Of a stretch of 64,000 nt of DNA, positions 34,444 through 43,307 are shown piece after piece (position 1 is the stretch's first letter; every line of letters begins with the position of its first letter). Source of the DNA: Thermoleophilia bacterium. Lineage in GTDB: Bacteria > Actinomycetota > Thermoleophilia > Gaiellales > JAICJC01. A program made the position numbers and the translations under genes. The stretch is from NCBI GenBank assembly GCA_025934255.1, contig JAICYJ010000007.1:2290-66289 (forward strand), read 5' to 3'. The notes beneath the pieces are model-generated. The model made no database searches and was not told the DNA's origin. It saw only the letters and a list, made by a program, of their open reading frames with translations.

Positions 34444-35186
34444 ACGTCGTGTTCATCACCACCGACGACCCCCTGTACCTGCCGGGGTTCTTTGACCGCG
34501 TGCTGACCGAGCGGCCCGACACCACCGCCGTTCTGGTCGCACCACCGCTGTACGGTGACCAGACGACGATCGGCGCCGCCTGGCGGTATCTCCGGACGTT
34601 CGGTGTGCGAGCGACCTTCGGGCTGGCGAAGCGGTCGCTGGATGCCAGGCTGGCCAAGCGGTCAGTCGCCGCCACCTGTCAGCGCCGGGGCGTTCGCTGC
34701 GAGCACGTCAAGGACGTGAATAGCCCGAGCGTGCTGCGCTGGCTGGAGGAGCAGTCGACCGACGTGGTTGTCTCGGTCAGCTGTCCCCAGATCTTCAAGC
34801 GGCCGCTGATCGACCTTCCGCGCCTGGGCTGCCTGAACCTGCACGGGGCGATCCTTCCCAACTATCGCGGCGTCCTGCCGAGCTTCTGGATGCTTGCGAA
34901 CGGCGAGCGAACGGCTGGGGTTTCGCTGTTCTTCGTCAACGAGCACATCGACGGCGGCGACCTCTGCGGCCAGCGCATATTCGAGATCCGGGATACCGAT
35001 ACCCTCGACAGCCTGATCCGGCGGTCGAAGGCGGTTGCCGCGGAGTTGGTGCTCGACGCGCTGGACGGGATCGAGTCCGACACGGTCGTTCGCGAGCCGC
35101 TCGACCTGGATTCGGGGTCGTACTACTCCTGGCCCGACCAGGCGGCCGTGCGGCGATTCCGCACATCGGGCCGGCGTCTCTGGTAG
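34440..35186 (+). CDS. formyltransferase (Fmt N-domain-like; probable sugar N-formyltransferase)
   Basis: CLNLHGAILPNYRGVLP (H-x-[SG]-x-LP-x-x-RG formyl-transferase motif) and IDGGDL. GTGA overlap with the deacetylase stop. Confidence 0.85.
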   Translation: MNVVFITTDDPLYLPGFFDRVLTERPDTTAVLVAPPLYGDQTTIGAAWRYLRTFGVRATFGLAKRSLDARLAKRSVAATCQRRGVRCEHVKDVNSPSVLRWLEEQSTDVVVSVSCPQIFKRPLIDLPRLGCLNLHGAILPNYRGVLPSFWMLANGERTAGVSLFFVNEHIDGGDLCGQRIFEIRDTDTLDSLIRRSKAVAAELVLDALDGIESDTVVREPLDLDSGSYYSWPDQAAVRRFRTSGRRLW

Positions 35187-35221
35187 ACGTCGCCCCGCGC
35201 CGGTCTCCCGACGGCCGGGCG

Positions 35222-36184
35222 CTAGCGCTGGTCGTTGTGGCGCTGCATGACGCGCGCGAGCGCGGGCTGGTTCTCGAGCGCCTGGGGCGCCGGGCAGCTC
35301 GACGGCGTGCACTGCACTCCGAACGTGTAGCTGTAGTCCATCGCCGGCGCAGGAACCACCAGGCTCCAGGCATGCAGCATGGCGGTCAGCTCGCCGGCCG
35401 TCGGAAGTCGGTAATAGGGAGCCTTTCCGTCGGTACGACCCTCCTGGCCGAATGTCTGGAAGGTCGGCACGATCGCCCGTCGCGGGATGCCGCTCCTGAT
35501 TGCCGTGTCGACCTTGGCCGCGATCACACCGAGCTCACACGGAGCCGGCGCTCCGCCGGCGTCGAGGTGACAGGGATAGGGATCGAGGCCGATCAGGTCG
35601 ACGTGCGTATGCGAGGGTGCGAGCGCCCGGTATTCGCAGCCGGGATGATCGCCGCACAGGTTGGAGCTATCGAGTGCGACGATGAACGCGACTTGATTCG
35701 TGTGCGAGTGAATGTAGTCGGCTCGGGCGGCGATCTCGGAGGCGACCGTCGGACAGATGGATGGATGCGGCTCGTCCGAAAGGTAGTACCCGAACACCTT
35801 ACTGTTGCCCGCTGTGGCGTCGACCTGGGCTCGGAACTGTGGCATGGTAAACCCCGGCGGCGGGCAGGCGGATCCAGCCGGCGCATTCCCCAGGTTCCCG
35901 ACCCACACGAGCGCCTTCGCTCCCCGCGGCAGCCGATCCACAACGGCGTTTACCCGCTCCGGGGTACGGGTGCTCCCGGCGATGTCGAACAGCGTGAACC
36001 CGTCGCTTGCCGCAGGGCCAACCCGGCCACCGGTGTTGGGAGCGTAGTGCCACGTTTTCGTGGGTGTGGTTACGGATGGGGGTCCGCCCGCGGTGTAATT
36101 CCGAAGGATGAGAATGACGACCACGCCGGCGAGCACAGCTGCGACCAGCAGCAGCGTGGGGGATGGGCGAAACCGCCGGGGCAT
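35222..36184 (-). CDS. membrane-anchored extracytoplasmic protein, possible clan GH-A-like glycoside hydrolase
   Basis: N-terminal TM (LLLVAAVLAGVVVILIL). FGYYLSDEP resembles the N-E-P acid/base strand and TFQTFGQEG is a possible nucleophile strand. The assignment is tentative. Confidence 0.6.
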   Translation of the reverse strand: MPRRFRPSPTLLLVAAVLAGVVVILILRNYTAGGPPSVTTPTKTWHYAPNTGGRVGPAASDGFTLFDIAGSTRTPERVNAVVDRLPRGAKALVWVGNLGNAPAGSACPPPGFTMPQFRAQVDATAGNSKVFGYYLSDEPHPSICPTVASEIAARADYIHSHTNQVAFIVALDSSNLCGDHPGCEYRALAPSHTHVDLIGLDPYPCHLDAGGAPAPCELGVIAAKVDTAIRSGIPRRAIVPTFQTFGQEGRTDGKAPYYRLPTAGELTAMLHAWSLVVPAPAMDYSYTFGVQCTPSSCPAPQALENQPALARVMQRHNDQR

Positions 36185-36341
36185 TCAGTGCTTCTTCGTC
36201 GTCATGGTTTCGATGGCGGCTTCGGAGCGTTCGGTGTTGTCGATACTAGCAAGAGACAACGAATGCAGCGACCGCACCCGTGCTCCCACCGTCGGCATTA
36301 CATTGACAATGCTCCCTGTCGGTGAGAGCCTCGATCTCCGG

Positions 36342-37754
36342 ATGTTGGAAACACGTTTCGTGAAACTCGTTCGATTAGCAGCTCCGTCAACAGCGTTCTC
36401 CGCGGTGGCGCTCTGCACCGTCCTGCTCCTGGTGCTGGGTACGTCTCAGGCGGTCGCCGCGACCGCGAAGACCCTGTACGTTGATCGGGCCGATCCGTCG
36501 TGCACGAACAGGGGAGTGGGCACGCGGGCGCATCCGTTTTGCACGATCAGTGCGGCGGCATCAAAGGTGGTCGCCGGGCAGACGGTGCTGGTGGCGTCGG
36601 GGACATATCACGGGACGGTGCGTGTACCGGTTTCGGGACGGTCGGGTGCGCCGATCAGGTTTACCGCCGCTCCCGGCGGGTCGGTGACGGTGCGGGGAGG
36701 CACGGACGGCTTTCTGATCTCACGCAGGCGCTGGATCAGCATTCACGGGTTCGCCGTTACCCATACGGCCGGTTACGGGATCAGCGTGACCGATTCTTCG
36801 CACATACGGGTATCGGTCAACCATGTGCAATATTCGGGGTTGCCGGTGAGCGGAAAAACCAGCGCAGGGATTCGAATCAGGAACACCACTGATTCCCTGA
36901 TTGTGCGGAACGTTTCTGATCACAACACGTACGCGGGGATAATGGTGATGGGTGCGTCGTCGACTCGCAACGAGGTCCGCGGAAACACCACCTTCAGCAA
37001 CGCCGAAGGGTATCAGCGTGCCGCTCCGGGGATCCGGATCTACAGGGGTTCCGGGAACGTCGTCGATGGCAATGTGACATATGACAATGAGGACTCCGGG
37101 ATCGAATGTTACGCAGGGGCAAGCAGTACCCTGATCTATAACAACATCTCGTACCATAACGGCGACCATGGTATCGACGCTCTCGCCTGTGCGGGTGTCC
37201 GGATCATCGCAAACACCGTGTACGACAACGTCACCGCCGGGATCAACCTCGAGGGCGGCTCCACCCGGGGGACGGTGGAGAACAACCTCAGCGTCGACAA
37301 TGGCATTGAGAGTCCGCGCACGCCGGGCGATATCCGCGTCGATGGCGATTCGACCGCGGGAACGGCCGTCGACTACAACACCGTGTTCTCGACGGCGCCT
37401 GGCACCCTGCTGATCTGGAGCTCCGTCGGCTACACCACGCTGGCCGCCTTCCAGGCCGCCAGCGGCCAGATGGCACACGGCGCCGTCGCCGATCCTGAGT
37501 GGGCCGATCCCGGGGCGGGCGACTTCCAGCTCACCGCGGGCTCGCCCGCAATCGACTCCGCCAACTCGGCCGTCTCCGGCCAACCCGGCACCGATATCGA
37601 CGGCCACCCTCGGGTCGACGACCCGGCGACGACCGACACCGGCGCCGGCCCCCGCAGCTACGACGACCGCGGAGCCTGCGAATTCCAACCTATCGTGGTC
37701 ACAAATCGCCCGCACCCGCCGCGGCATCCCGGACCCACCTACCCTTTGGGCTAG
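36342..37754 (+). CDS. secreted right-handed parallel beta-helix repeat protein (pectate-lyase fold)
   Basis: Signal-like N-terminus and the YVDRADPSC..PFCTISAA opening. Repeated V-x-x-N / N-x-x-x-D-N-G-I turns follow (NVSDHNTYAGI, NVTYDNEDSGI, NISYHNGDHGI, NLSVDNGI). Confidence 0.85.
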   Translation: MLETRFVKLVRLAAPSTAFSAVALCTVLLLVLGTSQAVAATAKTLYVDRADPSCTNRGVGTRAHPFCTISAAASKVVAGQTVLVASGTYHGTVRVPVSGRSGAPIRFTAAPGGSVTVRGGTDGFLISRRRWISIHGFAVTHTAGYGISVTDSSHIRVSVNHVQYSGLPVSGKTSAGIRIRNTTDSLIVRNVSDHNTYAGIMVMGASSTRNEVRGNTTFSNAEGYQRAAPGIRIYRGSGNVVDGNVTYDNEDSGIECYAGASSTLIYNNISYHNGDHGIDALACAGVRIIANTVYDNVTAGINLEGGSTRGTVENNLSVDNGIESPRTPGDIRVDGDSTAGTAVDYNTVFSTAPGTLLIWSSVGYTTLAAFQAASGQMAHGAVADPEWADPGAGDFQLTAGSPAIDSANSAVSGQPGTDIDGHPRVDDPATTDTGAGPRSYDDRGACEFQPIVVTNRPHPPRHPGPTYPLG

Positions 37755-37838
37755 TTTATGGTCTAGGAACCGGTAACGGCTGCCGGCACCTGCGATAATC
37801 GCCTCTCTCCGCTGGTTCCATGGACGGAAGGGCATTTT

Positions 37839-40256
37839 GTGGGTGCAAACGCGCCGTCGAACGGGGTGAAGCACGGCCGCTCGCTGCTCGTCTCGACCGC
37901 CCGCGCGGGTGGTCTTATGCTTGCCGTGCTGAGCTGTGCCATGCTCACCGGCGCCGGGCGCGCGGTGGCAGCAGGGACGGTGTACATCGTCGACGCCACG
38001 TCGCCGACCTGCGGAGCCCAGGGTCCGGGGACGCCGGCGCAGCCGTTCTGCACGATCGCGGGCGCCGCGAACGTCGCGGCCGCCGGCGATACCGTGCTCG
38101 TCCAGGCCGGCACCTATCCCGGAACGGCGGTCAACCCGAGGAACTCCGGCGTGACCTTCGCGGCGAACCCCGGCGTCGCCATCAGCGGTGGAACCAAGGC
38201 GTTCGCCATCTCCAGCCGGAACGACATCACCATCTCCGGCTTCACGATCACGAACACGGGCTCGAACGCCATCAGCGTGTCCGGCGGCAGCAACGTGACG
38301 ATCTCCAACAACGTCGTATCGTTCGCAGGAACGCCGATCACGAGTCCCGGCGTCGGAATCTACCTCAGCAACGTGGCCGGCGGCCTCGTCCAGGGGAACG
38401 TCACGCACGACAACTCTGCGCATGGGATCTACCTCAGCGGAACCACCACGGGTGTCATGGTGCGGGGAAACACGTCGTACCACAATGCCTATCAATACCA
38501 GCGAAACGCCAACGGGATCGATGTCATAGCTCCCGGGAACTCCATCGTCGGAAACGTCACATACAGCAACGAAGACAGCGGCATCAACATGTACACCGGC
38601 GCGAACGACACCTACATCGCCGACAACCTCACCTACGGTAACGGAGACCACGGCATCGACGATCTCAACGTCATCGGCGGGCGGATCATTGGTAACACGG
38701 TGTACGGCAACTGCACCACGGGGATCAACGTTGAGGGCACCAGCGGCAACTACGTCGTCGAGAACAACGTCTCGATGAACAACGCGACCGGAGCGGTGAT
38801 CAACCCCACGCCGATCCCGACGAACCCAAGCACCGGCGGGCCCTACTACACGAATACGTGCAACCGCCGCCACGGGAACATCGGGATCTGGGACTCCGCC
38901 CCGGCGAGCACCACCGCCAACTACAACCTGGTGTACCAGACCAGCAGTGGCGCCGCCGGGTACTACTGGGCCGGAACCGCCTACAACACCCAGGCGGCCC
39001 TGTACGCAGCCAGCGGACAGGAGGCCAACGGGATCTTTGCGAACCCGCAGTTTCTTAGCGCCGCCGCCGGCAACTTCCAGCTGACCGCGGGGTCGCGTGC
39101 GATCGACTCTGCAGACTCGCTCGTCGCCGGCGAGCCCGACACTGACATCCTCGGCAACGCGCGGGTCGACGACCCTGCCACCGCCAACACCGGCAACCCG
39201 TCGGGGTCGTATTTCGACCGGGGGGCCTACGAGTACCAGCCGCAGGGCTCCGGCGGCGCTCAGGCGATCAGTTTCACGGCTCCGGCCAGCGGTACGGTGG
39301 GTGGGTCGGCGACGCTGTCCGCGACCGGTGGTGGCTCGGGCAATCCGGTCGTGTTCTCGGTTGATGCGTCCAGCGGCAGCGGCGTCTGCAACGTGTCTGG
39401 CACGAACGGCAGCACCGTCAACTACACCGGCGCCGGGAGCTGCGTGATCGACGCCGATCAGGCCGCCGGCAACGGCTACACGGCGGCGCCGACCGTCCAG
39501 CAGTCGATCACGGTGGGTTCGAATGCGCAGACGATCAGTTTCACGGCTCCCTCGAGCGGCACGGTGGGTGGGTCGGCGACGCTGTCTGCGACCGGTGGCG
39601 GCTCGGGTAATCCAGTCGTGTTCTCGGTGGATGCATCGAGCGGCAGCGGCGTCTGCAACGTGTCTGGCACGAACGGCAGCACCGTCAACTACACCGCCGC
39701 CGGCAGCTGCGTGATCGACGCCGACCAGGCCGGCGGCAACGGCTACACCGCGGCGCCCACGGTCCAACGGTCAATCACCGTCTCGCAGGGGCAGAGTCAG
39801 AACCTTGTGGGGAACGCAGGGTTCGAGACGGATCTGACCGGGTGGAACACGTCTGGGTCGGATTCCGGGGCGACGTTCTCCCGGGTAGCCGGCGGACACA
39901 CAGGCGGATGGGCGGCAAAGCTCACGAATACGTCAAGCGTTGCCGCCACCTGCCTGCTGAACGACTCTCCGAACTGGGTGACCTCAACCGTTTCCAACAC
40001 CTACACCGGCTCGCTGTGGGTGCGTGCCGACACCGCCGGTGAGGTTGTGAAGCTGCGGTTCCGCGAGTACAACGGGTCGACCCTGGTCGGAACTGCGACG
40101 GCGCAGGTGACGCTGACGACGTCGTGGCAGCAGGTATCCCTGAGCTATGCACCGGCGGCGCCTGGCGTGTCCACGCTGGACTTCAACGCCTACGTCTCCA
40201 AGGCAGCGACGGGAACCGCCTTCTACGCGGACGACGCGGCCATCACGACCTCCTGA
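37839..40256 (+). CDS. secreted beta-helix repeat protein (paralog of 36342..37754) plus two tandem ~89-aa Ig-like repeats and a C-terminal CBM-like domain
   Basis: Same architecture as the upstream gene (YIVDATSPTC..PFCTIAGA; NVTHDNSAHGI, NVTYSNEDSGI, NLTYGNGDHGI). It then has duplicated ISFTAP.SGTVGGSATLSATGGGSGNPVVFSVDASSGSGVCNVSGTNGSTVNYT units. The tail NLVGNAGFETDLTGWN is typical of CBM4/9-like modules. Confidence 0.88.
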   Translation: MGANAPSNGVKHGRSLLVSTARAGGLMLAVLSCAMLTGAGRAVAAGTVYIVDATSPTCGAQGPGTPAQPFCTIAGAANVAAAGDTVLVQAGTYPGTAVNPRNSGVTFAANPGVAISGGTKAFAISSRNDITISGFTITNTGSNAISVSGGSNVTISNNVVSFAGTPITSPGVGIYLSNVAGGLVQGNVTHDNSAHGIYLSGTTTGVMVRGNTSYHNAYQYQRNANGIDVIAPGNSIVGNVTYSNEDSGINMYTGANDTYIADNLTYGNGDHGIDDLNVIGGRIIGNTVYGNCTTGINVEGTSGNYVVENNVSMNNATGAVINPTPIPTNPSTGGPYYTNTCNRRHGNIGIWDSAPASTTANYNLVYQTSSGAAGYYWAGTAYNTQAALYAASGQEANGIFANPQFLSAAAGNFQLTAGSRAIDSADSLVAGEPDTDILGNARVDDPATANTGNPSGSYFDRGAYEYQPQGSGGAQAISFTAPASGTVGGSATLSATGGGSGNPVVFSVDASSGSGVCNVSGTNGSTVNYTGAGSCVIDADQAAGNGYTAAPTVQQSITVGSNAQTISFTAPSSGTVGGSATLSATGGGSGNPVVFSVDASSGSGVCNVSGTNGSTVNYTAAGSCVIDADQAGGNGYTAAPTVQRSITVSQGQSQNLVGNAGFETDLTGWNTSGSDSGATFSRVAGGHTGGWAAKLTNTSSVAATCLLNDSPNWVTSTVSNTYTGSLWVRADTAGEVVKLRFREYNGSTLVGTATAQVTLTTSWQQVSLSYAPAAPGVSTLDFNAYVSKAATGTAFYADDAAITTS
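39267..39782 (+). repeat. near-identical tandem duplication, 2 x 267 bp, inside the CDS
   Basis: ATCAGTTTCACGGCTCC.. starts at 39267 and again at 39534 (period 267 nt = 89 codons), with only scattered substitutions. Confidence 0.9.
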
Positions 40257-40845
40257 GTGGGCCCAGGCTCGCCCGCTGCATGAGCGTGATCGGGGGACAC
40301 GCCCCCGCCTGAGCAACCGACGTGACCGAGAACCCCGCGCGCTCGTAGAACGGCACCGTTCGCCGGTTCGGCGTCTCCAGGTACGCCGGAAGCCCGCTCT
40401 CATCGACGATCTCCAGGCAGGTGCGCATCAGATCCGTCCCCAGGCCGCGCCCCTGAAGCGCGCGATCGACCCCGAACCACGGCAGGTACCAGTGCGGCTC
40501 CGTGGGATGCCCTGCGGCCATCTGCTCCAGCGTCGCGAACGAGTCGGCGTGGAGGCCGACGGAGGTGGTCTCGACCAGCACCTGCACCACGGCCTCGCCG
40601 TCAGGCTCCCTGCCCGGCCCAAACCAGAACGCGACGGCATCGAAATCCCCCAGCCGCCAGACGGTCTGATCGGCGAACGCTGCGCCGCCGAACGCCGCGA
40701 TGAACGCCGGAAAGTGCCGTCGGTACTGCGCCTCTTCGGGGTAGAGCCAGCGCTCGACAGGGTCATCCTGGAACGCCGACACCAACGTGCGGATCGCGCG
40801 ATCCTGCTCAGCCGGCCCGACCACCGCGAACTCCGTTTCCGCCAT
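40243..40845 (-). CDS. GNAT-family N-acetyltransferase
   Basis: WFGVDRALQGRGLGTDLMRTCL (Q/R-x-x-G-x-G/A acetyl-CoA motif) and ETPNRRTVPFYERAGF. Confidence 0.8.
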   Translation of the reverse strand: MAETEFAVVGPAEQDRAIRTLVSAFQDDPVERWLYPEEAQYRRHFPAFIAAFGGAAFADQTVWRLGDFDAVAFWFGPGREPDGEAVVQVLVETTSVGLHADSFATLEQMAAGHPTEPHWYLPWFGVDRALQGRGLGTDLMRTCLEIVDESGLPAYLETPNRRTVPFYERAGFSVTSVAQAGACPPITLMQRASLGPLRRS

Positions 40846-40874
40846 CGAGCGACTGTACCGCGCCGCTACGGCGG

Positions 40875-41237
40875 TTAGTCGCGTCCGTAGCCGCCGGTTG
40901 CGAGCCAGCCACCACCCGTGTCACTTGACAGCCGGCCGATGCCGACGAGGTCGATCAGACGCTGTGCGGCGGGGCTCGCGGTGACGCTCCACTCGGCCTG
41001 GTGGCCGTCGATGCGGAGCAGTGCGGCCATCAGCGCCTCCAGTCCGGCTGCGTCGATGGAGTCGACGGCGGAAAGGTCGATCAGAATGCCGGGCGAGGGC
41101 ACCTGTCTGAGGGCTTCTTCCACGACGCCCTGAAGGCGCTCCTTGGCGAGAATGTCGATATGCCCTCGGCAGACGATTCGGATTGGCCCGTTGCCGGTCT
41201 CGAAGCGGCCGAGCGTGGCGGTGAAGGGAGCGGTCAC
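40875..41237 (-). CDS. STAS-domain protein (anti-sigma-factor-antagonist-like)
   Basis: ILIDLSAVDSIDAAGLEALMAAL and VTASPAAQRLIDLVGI resemble SpoIIAA-type STAS domains. Confidence 0.7.
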   Translation of the reverse strand: MTAPFTATLGRFETGNGPIRIVCRGHIDILAKERLQGVVEEALRQVPSPGILIDLSAVDSIDAAGLEALMAALLRIDGHQAEWSVTASPAAQRLIDLVGIGRLSSDTGGGWLATGGYGRD

Positions 41238-41330
41238 GTGCTATCGGGTTGGGCGGCGAGGTCGGACGACCCCATCGACGGGGTGCTCGACAGCACCCCG
41301 TCAATGGAGGTTCGGGAGCCGTGGTCGGCT

Positions 41331-41597
41331 CTAGCCGTTGTCGCGGCGGTCGGCAGAGCCGGACTTTGCGAGCCCGCGGCTTACCATGTAGCCGATTGCG
41401 ATCGCAGCTACGACCTGCCACACCCAGCGATCATGCCAACTGTGGTTGGCCTGACCGGCGACGATCGTGGCAACGATCACGCCGACCATGGCGTAAAACT
41501 CAGTCGTCAGAAATGACGGCTTCGTCTCCGCCCAACTCGTCGTCCGCTGCTCGCTGCGGCGGCCGGTGAACTCCCGGTCTGCTACCTGTGTAGACAT
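41331..41597 (-). CDS. small two-TM membrane protein, hypothetical
   Basis: ATG 41597 is preceded by AGGAGG on the minus strand. Two hydrophobic helices (FYAMVGVIVATIVAG; VWQVVAAIAIGYMV). Confidence 0.6.
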   Translation of the reverse strand: MSTQVADREFTGRRSEQRTTSWAETKPSFLTTEFYAMVGVIVATIVAGQANHSWHDRWVWQVVAAIAIGYMVSRGLAKSGSADRRDNG

Positions 41598-41905
41598 ACA
41601 TGCCTCCTACCTGGATGGGACTGAGGAAGGAGATTCGGCCAGCGAAGCCATCCTTACCCCATGAATCTGGCTTTGCTACGGCCGAAACCATGTCGTACCC
41701 AGTCCGCCCTCGTGCCAAACCAGGGCGTCCTTTAGCCAGGCAATAGCGTCGATTCGCTGCGGTTTGATGGCACGCGCCGACCCAGATGCTCTCACGCTGA
41801 CGCGGGTGCTTTAGGCCGGCATGGTTGGCGCCTGTGACCTTTGGGAATGGTGCTGATGTGCGCCGGGTTCCACCTGCGTGATTGGGGGGGATGGCGTATG
41901 GGTGA

Positions 41906-41940
41906 GGGCGGCGGGTGTCGGCTTGCATCGACCGCCGCCC
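41906..41940 (-). terminator. GC-rich hairpin immediately downstream of the 41972..43084 gene
   Basis: GGGCGGCGG..GTCG-gcttgcat-CGAC..CCGCCGCCC, 32-66 nt beyond the stop. No U-tract. Confidence 0.35.
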
Positions 41941-41971
41941 CCACCCTGGCTTCTTGACCGGTGGAGAGCTA

Positions 41972-43084
41972 CTACCTCGTCGGCGGACTCATCCCCCAGA
42001 TCTGGGCCACGCCCTCGGGGTCGGTGACGACCACGTTGGGGTTGTTCTGGATGGCCCTGATGATGCGCTGGAAGTCCACCCAGCAGTAGCGCTCCACGTC
42101 GTTCGACCAGTGGTAGGCCGGATTCGGGTTGGTGCAGTCCCACTGATCCGCGTTGGTCTTGTACTGGTTTACGCCCGTGGTCACGTCCGGGTTGCTGTTT
42201 CGCACCAGCACGTAGCCCTGGAGATTCAGCGCCTGTCCGGGCTTCAGGAGGGTGATCTGGTTGATGACGCTGACGGGCACGGTGTACCGACAGGTCGAAC
42301 AGCCCGGCAACAGGGTCGAGCAGGGGAGACCGACGACGTTGCAGCGGCCGCCGAGCAGCTGCCGCGTCGAGGCGATGTCGTCGTTCGCCTGCACCGTCGC
42401 CAGCGTGTTGAGACCGGTGCCCTGGTAGCTGCGGTTCATGTAGAAGCAGGGGATGACGTCGTCGGTCATCACCGTCGGGTCAGTCTTCTGGCTCGGCCAG
42501 TTGTACTGGCCGAGAGCGCCGAGCAGGCCGTGCTGCGTGATCACGTCACGCGAGCCGCAGGTCTCGGAGTTCTGCCAGTCGGCCAGCGTGCCCGTCCACG
42601 TCTTCGGAGCGGTCGTCCAGACCAGCGGGTAGTCGGCGCTGTGGGAGATGAAGTGCATCCCATACACCGAGCCGAGTGCCTCTAGCTGCGACCAGGACGG
42701 CCCGAAGGACTCGCCACCGTGCGCACACCAGTTGGCGTTGTCCTTGGTGACTCCGGTCTCGACGCTGCCGGTCAGGTGCACCTTGGGAGCGTTGGCCACG
42801 ACCCACCTCGCCACGGAGAACCCGTTGTTGGGCGCGTACAGCGGCGTGATGTTCTTGTCATCCTGCTTGCACGTACCAGTCGGCTCTGAGCCCATCATGT
42901 TGTCGGCCGCCGAGATCTCAGAGCGCGACATGACGATCGTGACCATCGGGGGAGCCATCGTCGCGTCCTGGGCGCTCATGGACGCATTCGCGGGCGCGGC
43001 CACCGCGAGCGCGGCCACCAGCATCCCCAAGCCCAAAATCGCCCTACCCAAGTGGAGCCTCCCACCGTGCGACGCAACGAACAA
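41972..43084 (-). CDS. secreted Cys-rich hypothetical protein
   Basis: Signal peptide (LGLGMLVAALAVAAPANA). 370 aa, Asn/Thr/Trp-rich with many Cys, and visibly less GC3-biased than the neighbours. No family recognised. Confidence 0.65.
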   Translation of the reverse strand: MFVASHGGRLHLGRAILGLGMLVAALAVAAPANASMSAQDATMAPPMVTIVMSRSEISAADNMMGSEPTGTCKQDDKNITPLYAPNNGFSVARWVVANAPKVHLTGSVETGVTKDNANWCAHGGESFGPSWSQLEALGSVYGMHFISHSADYPLVWTTAPKTWTGTLADWQNSETCGSRDVITQHGLLGALGQYNWPSQKTDPTVMTDDVIPCFYMNRSYQGTGLNTLATVQANDDIASTRQLLGGRCNVVGLPCSTLLPGCSTCRYTVPVSVINQITLLKPGQALNLQGYVLVRNSNPDVTTGVNQYKTNADQWDCTNPNPAYHWSNDVERYCWVDFQRIIRAIQNNPNVVVTDPEGVAQIWGMSPPTR

Positions 43085-43173
43085 CGCACACGACAGCTGA
43101 CACGGCGCTCAGATCTCGAACAGCATCCGTCTACGCGGGCATCGTTGTCAAGTCCGGGATTGGAACGCAGGTA

Positions 43174-43246
43174 CGGGGGCGGCAGGGATCGAACCTGCGA
43201 CCTTGAGCTTAGAAGGCTCCTGCTCTATCCACTGAGCTACGCCCCC
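43174..43246 (-). tRNA. tRNA-Arg (anticodon TCT), CCA not encoded
   Basis: Manual cloverleaf on the minus strand: acceptor GGGGGCG/CGCCCCC, D-stem GCTC/GAGC, anticodon loop CTTCTAA, T-arm GCAGG-TTCGATC-CCTGC. 73 nt. One G-A mismatch at 27-43. Confidence 0.9.
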
Positions 43247-43307
43247 GAGAAGTGCACCCTACATTGCCCGAGCAGGCCCACCACGGTGCGATCAAGGCCC
43301 AGCGAGC

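Noticed and set aside
36720-39767. 1015-aa ORF on the minus strand, the longest in the track
   Set aside because: It is antisense to the two beta-helix genes. Its translation is an R/G/A/V/D-rich low-complexity string with no motifs. It is the typical shadow ORF of a GC-rich coding region, and the plus-strand genes have clear family signatures.
41972-43246. Genomic island or prophage integrated at tRNA-Arg
   Set aside because: The neighbouring secreted-protein gene looks less GC3-biased. However, no integrase, excisionase, transposase or direct repeat of the tRNA 3' end was found in the window.
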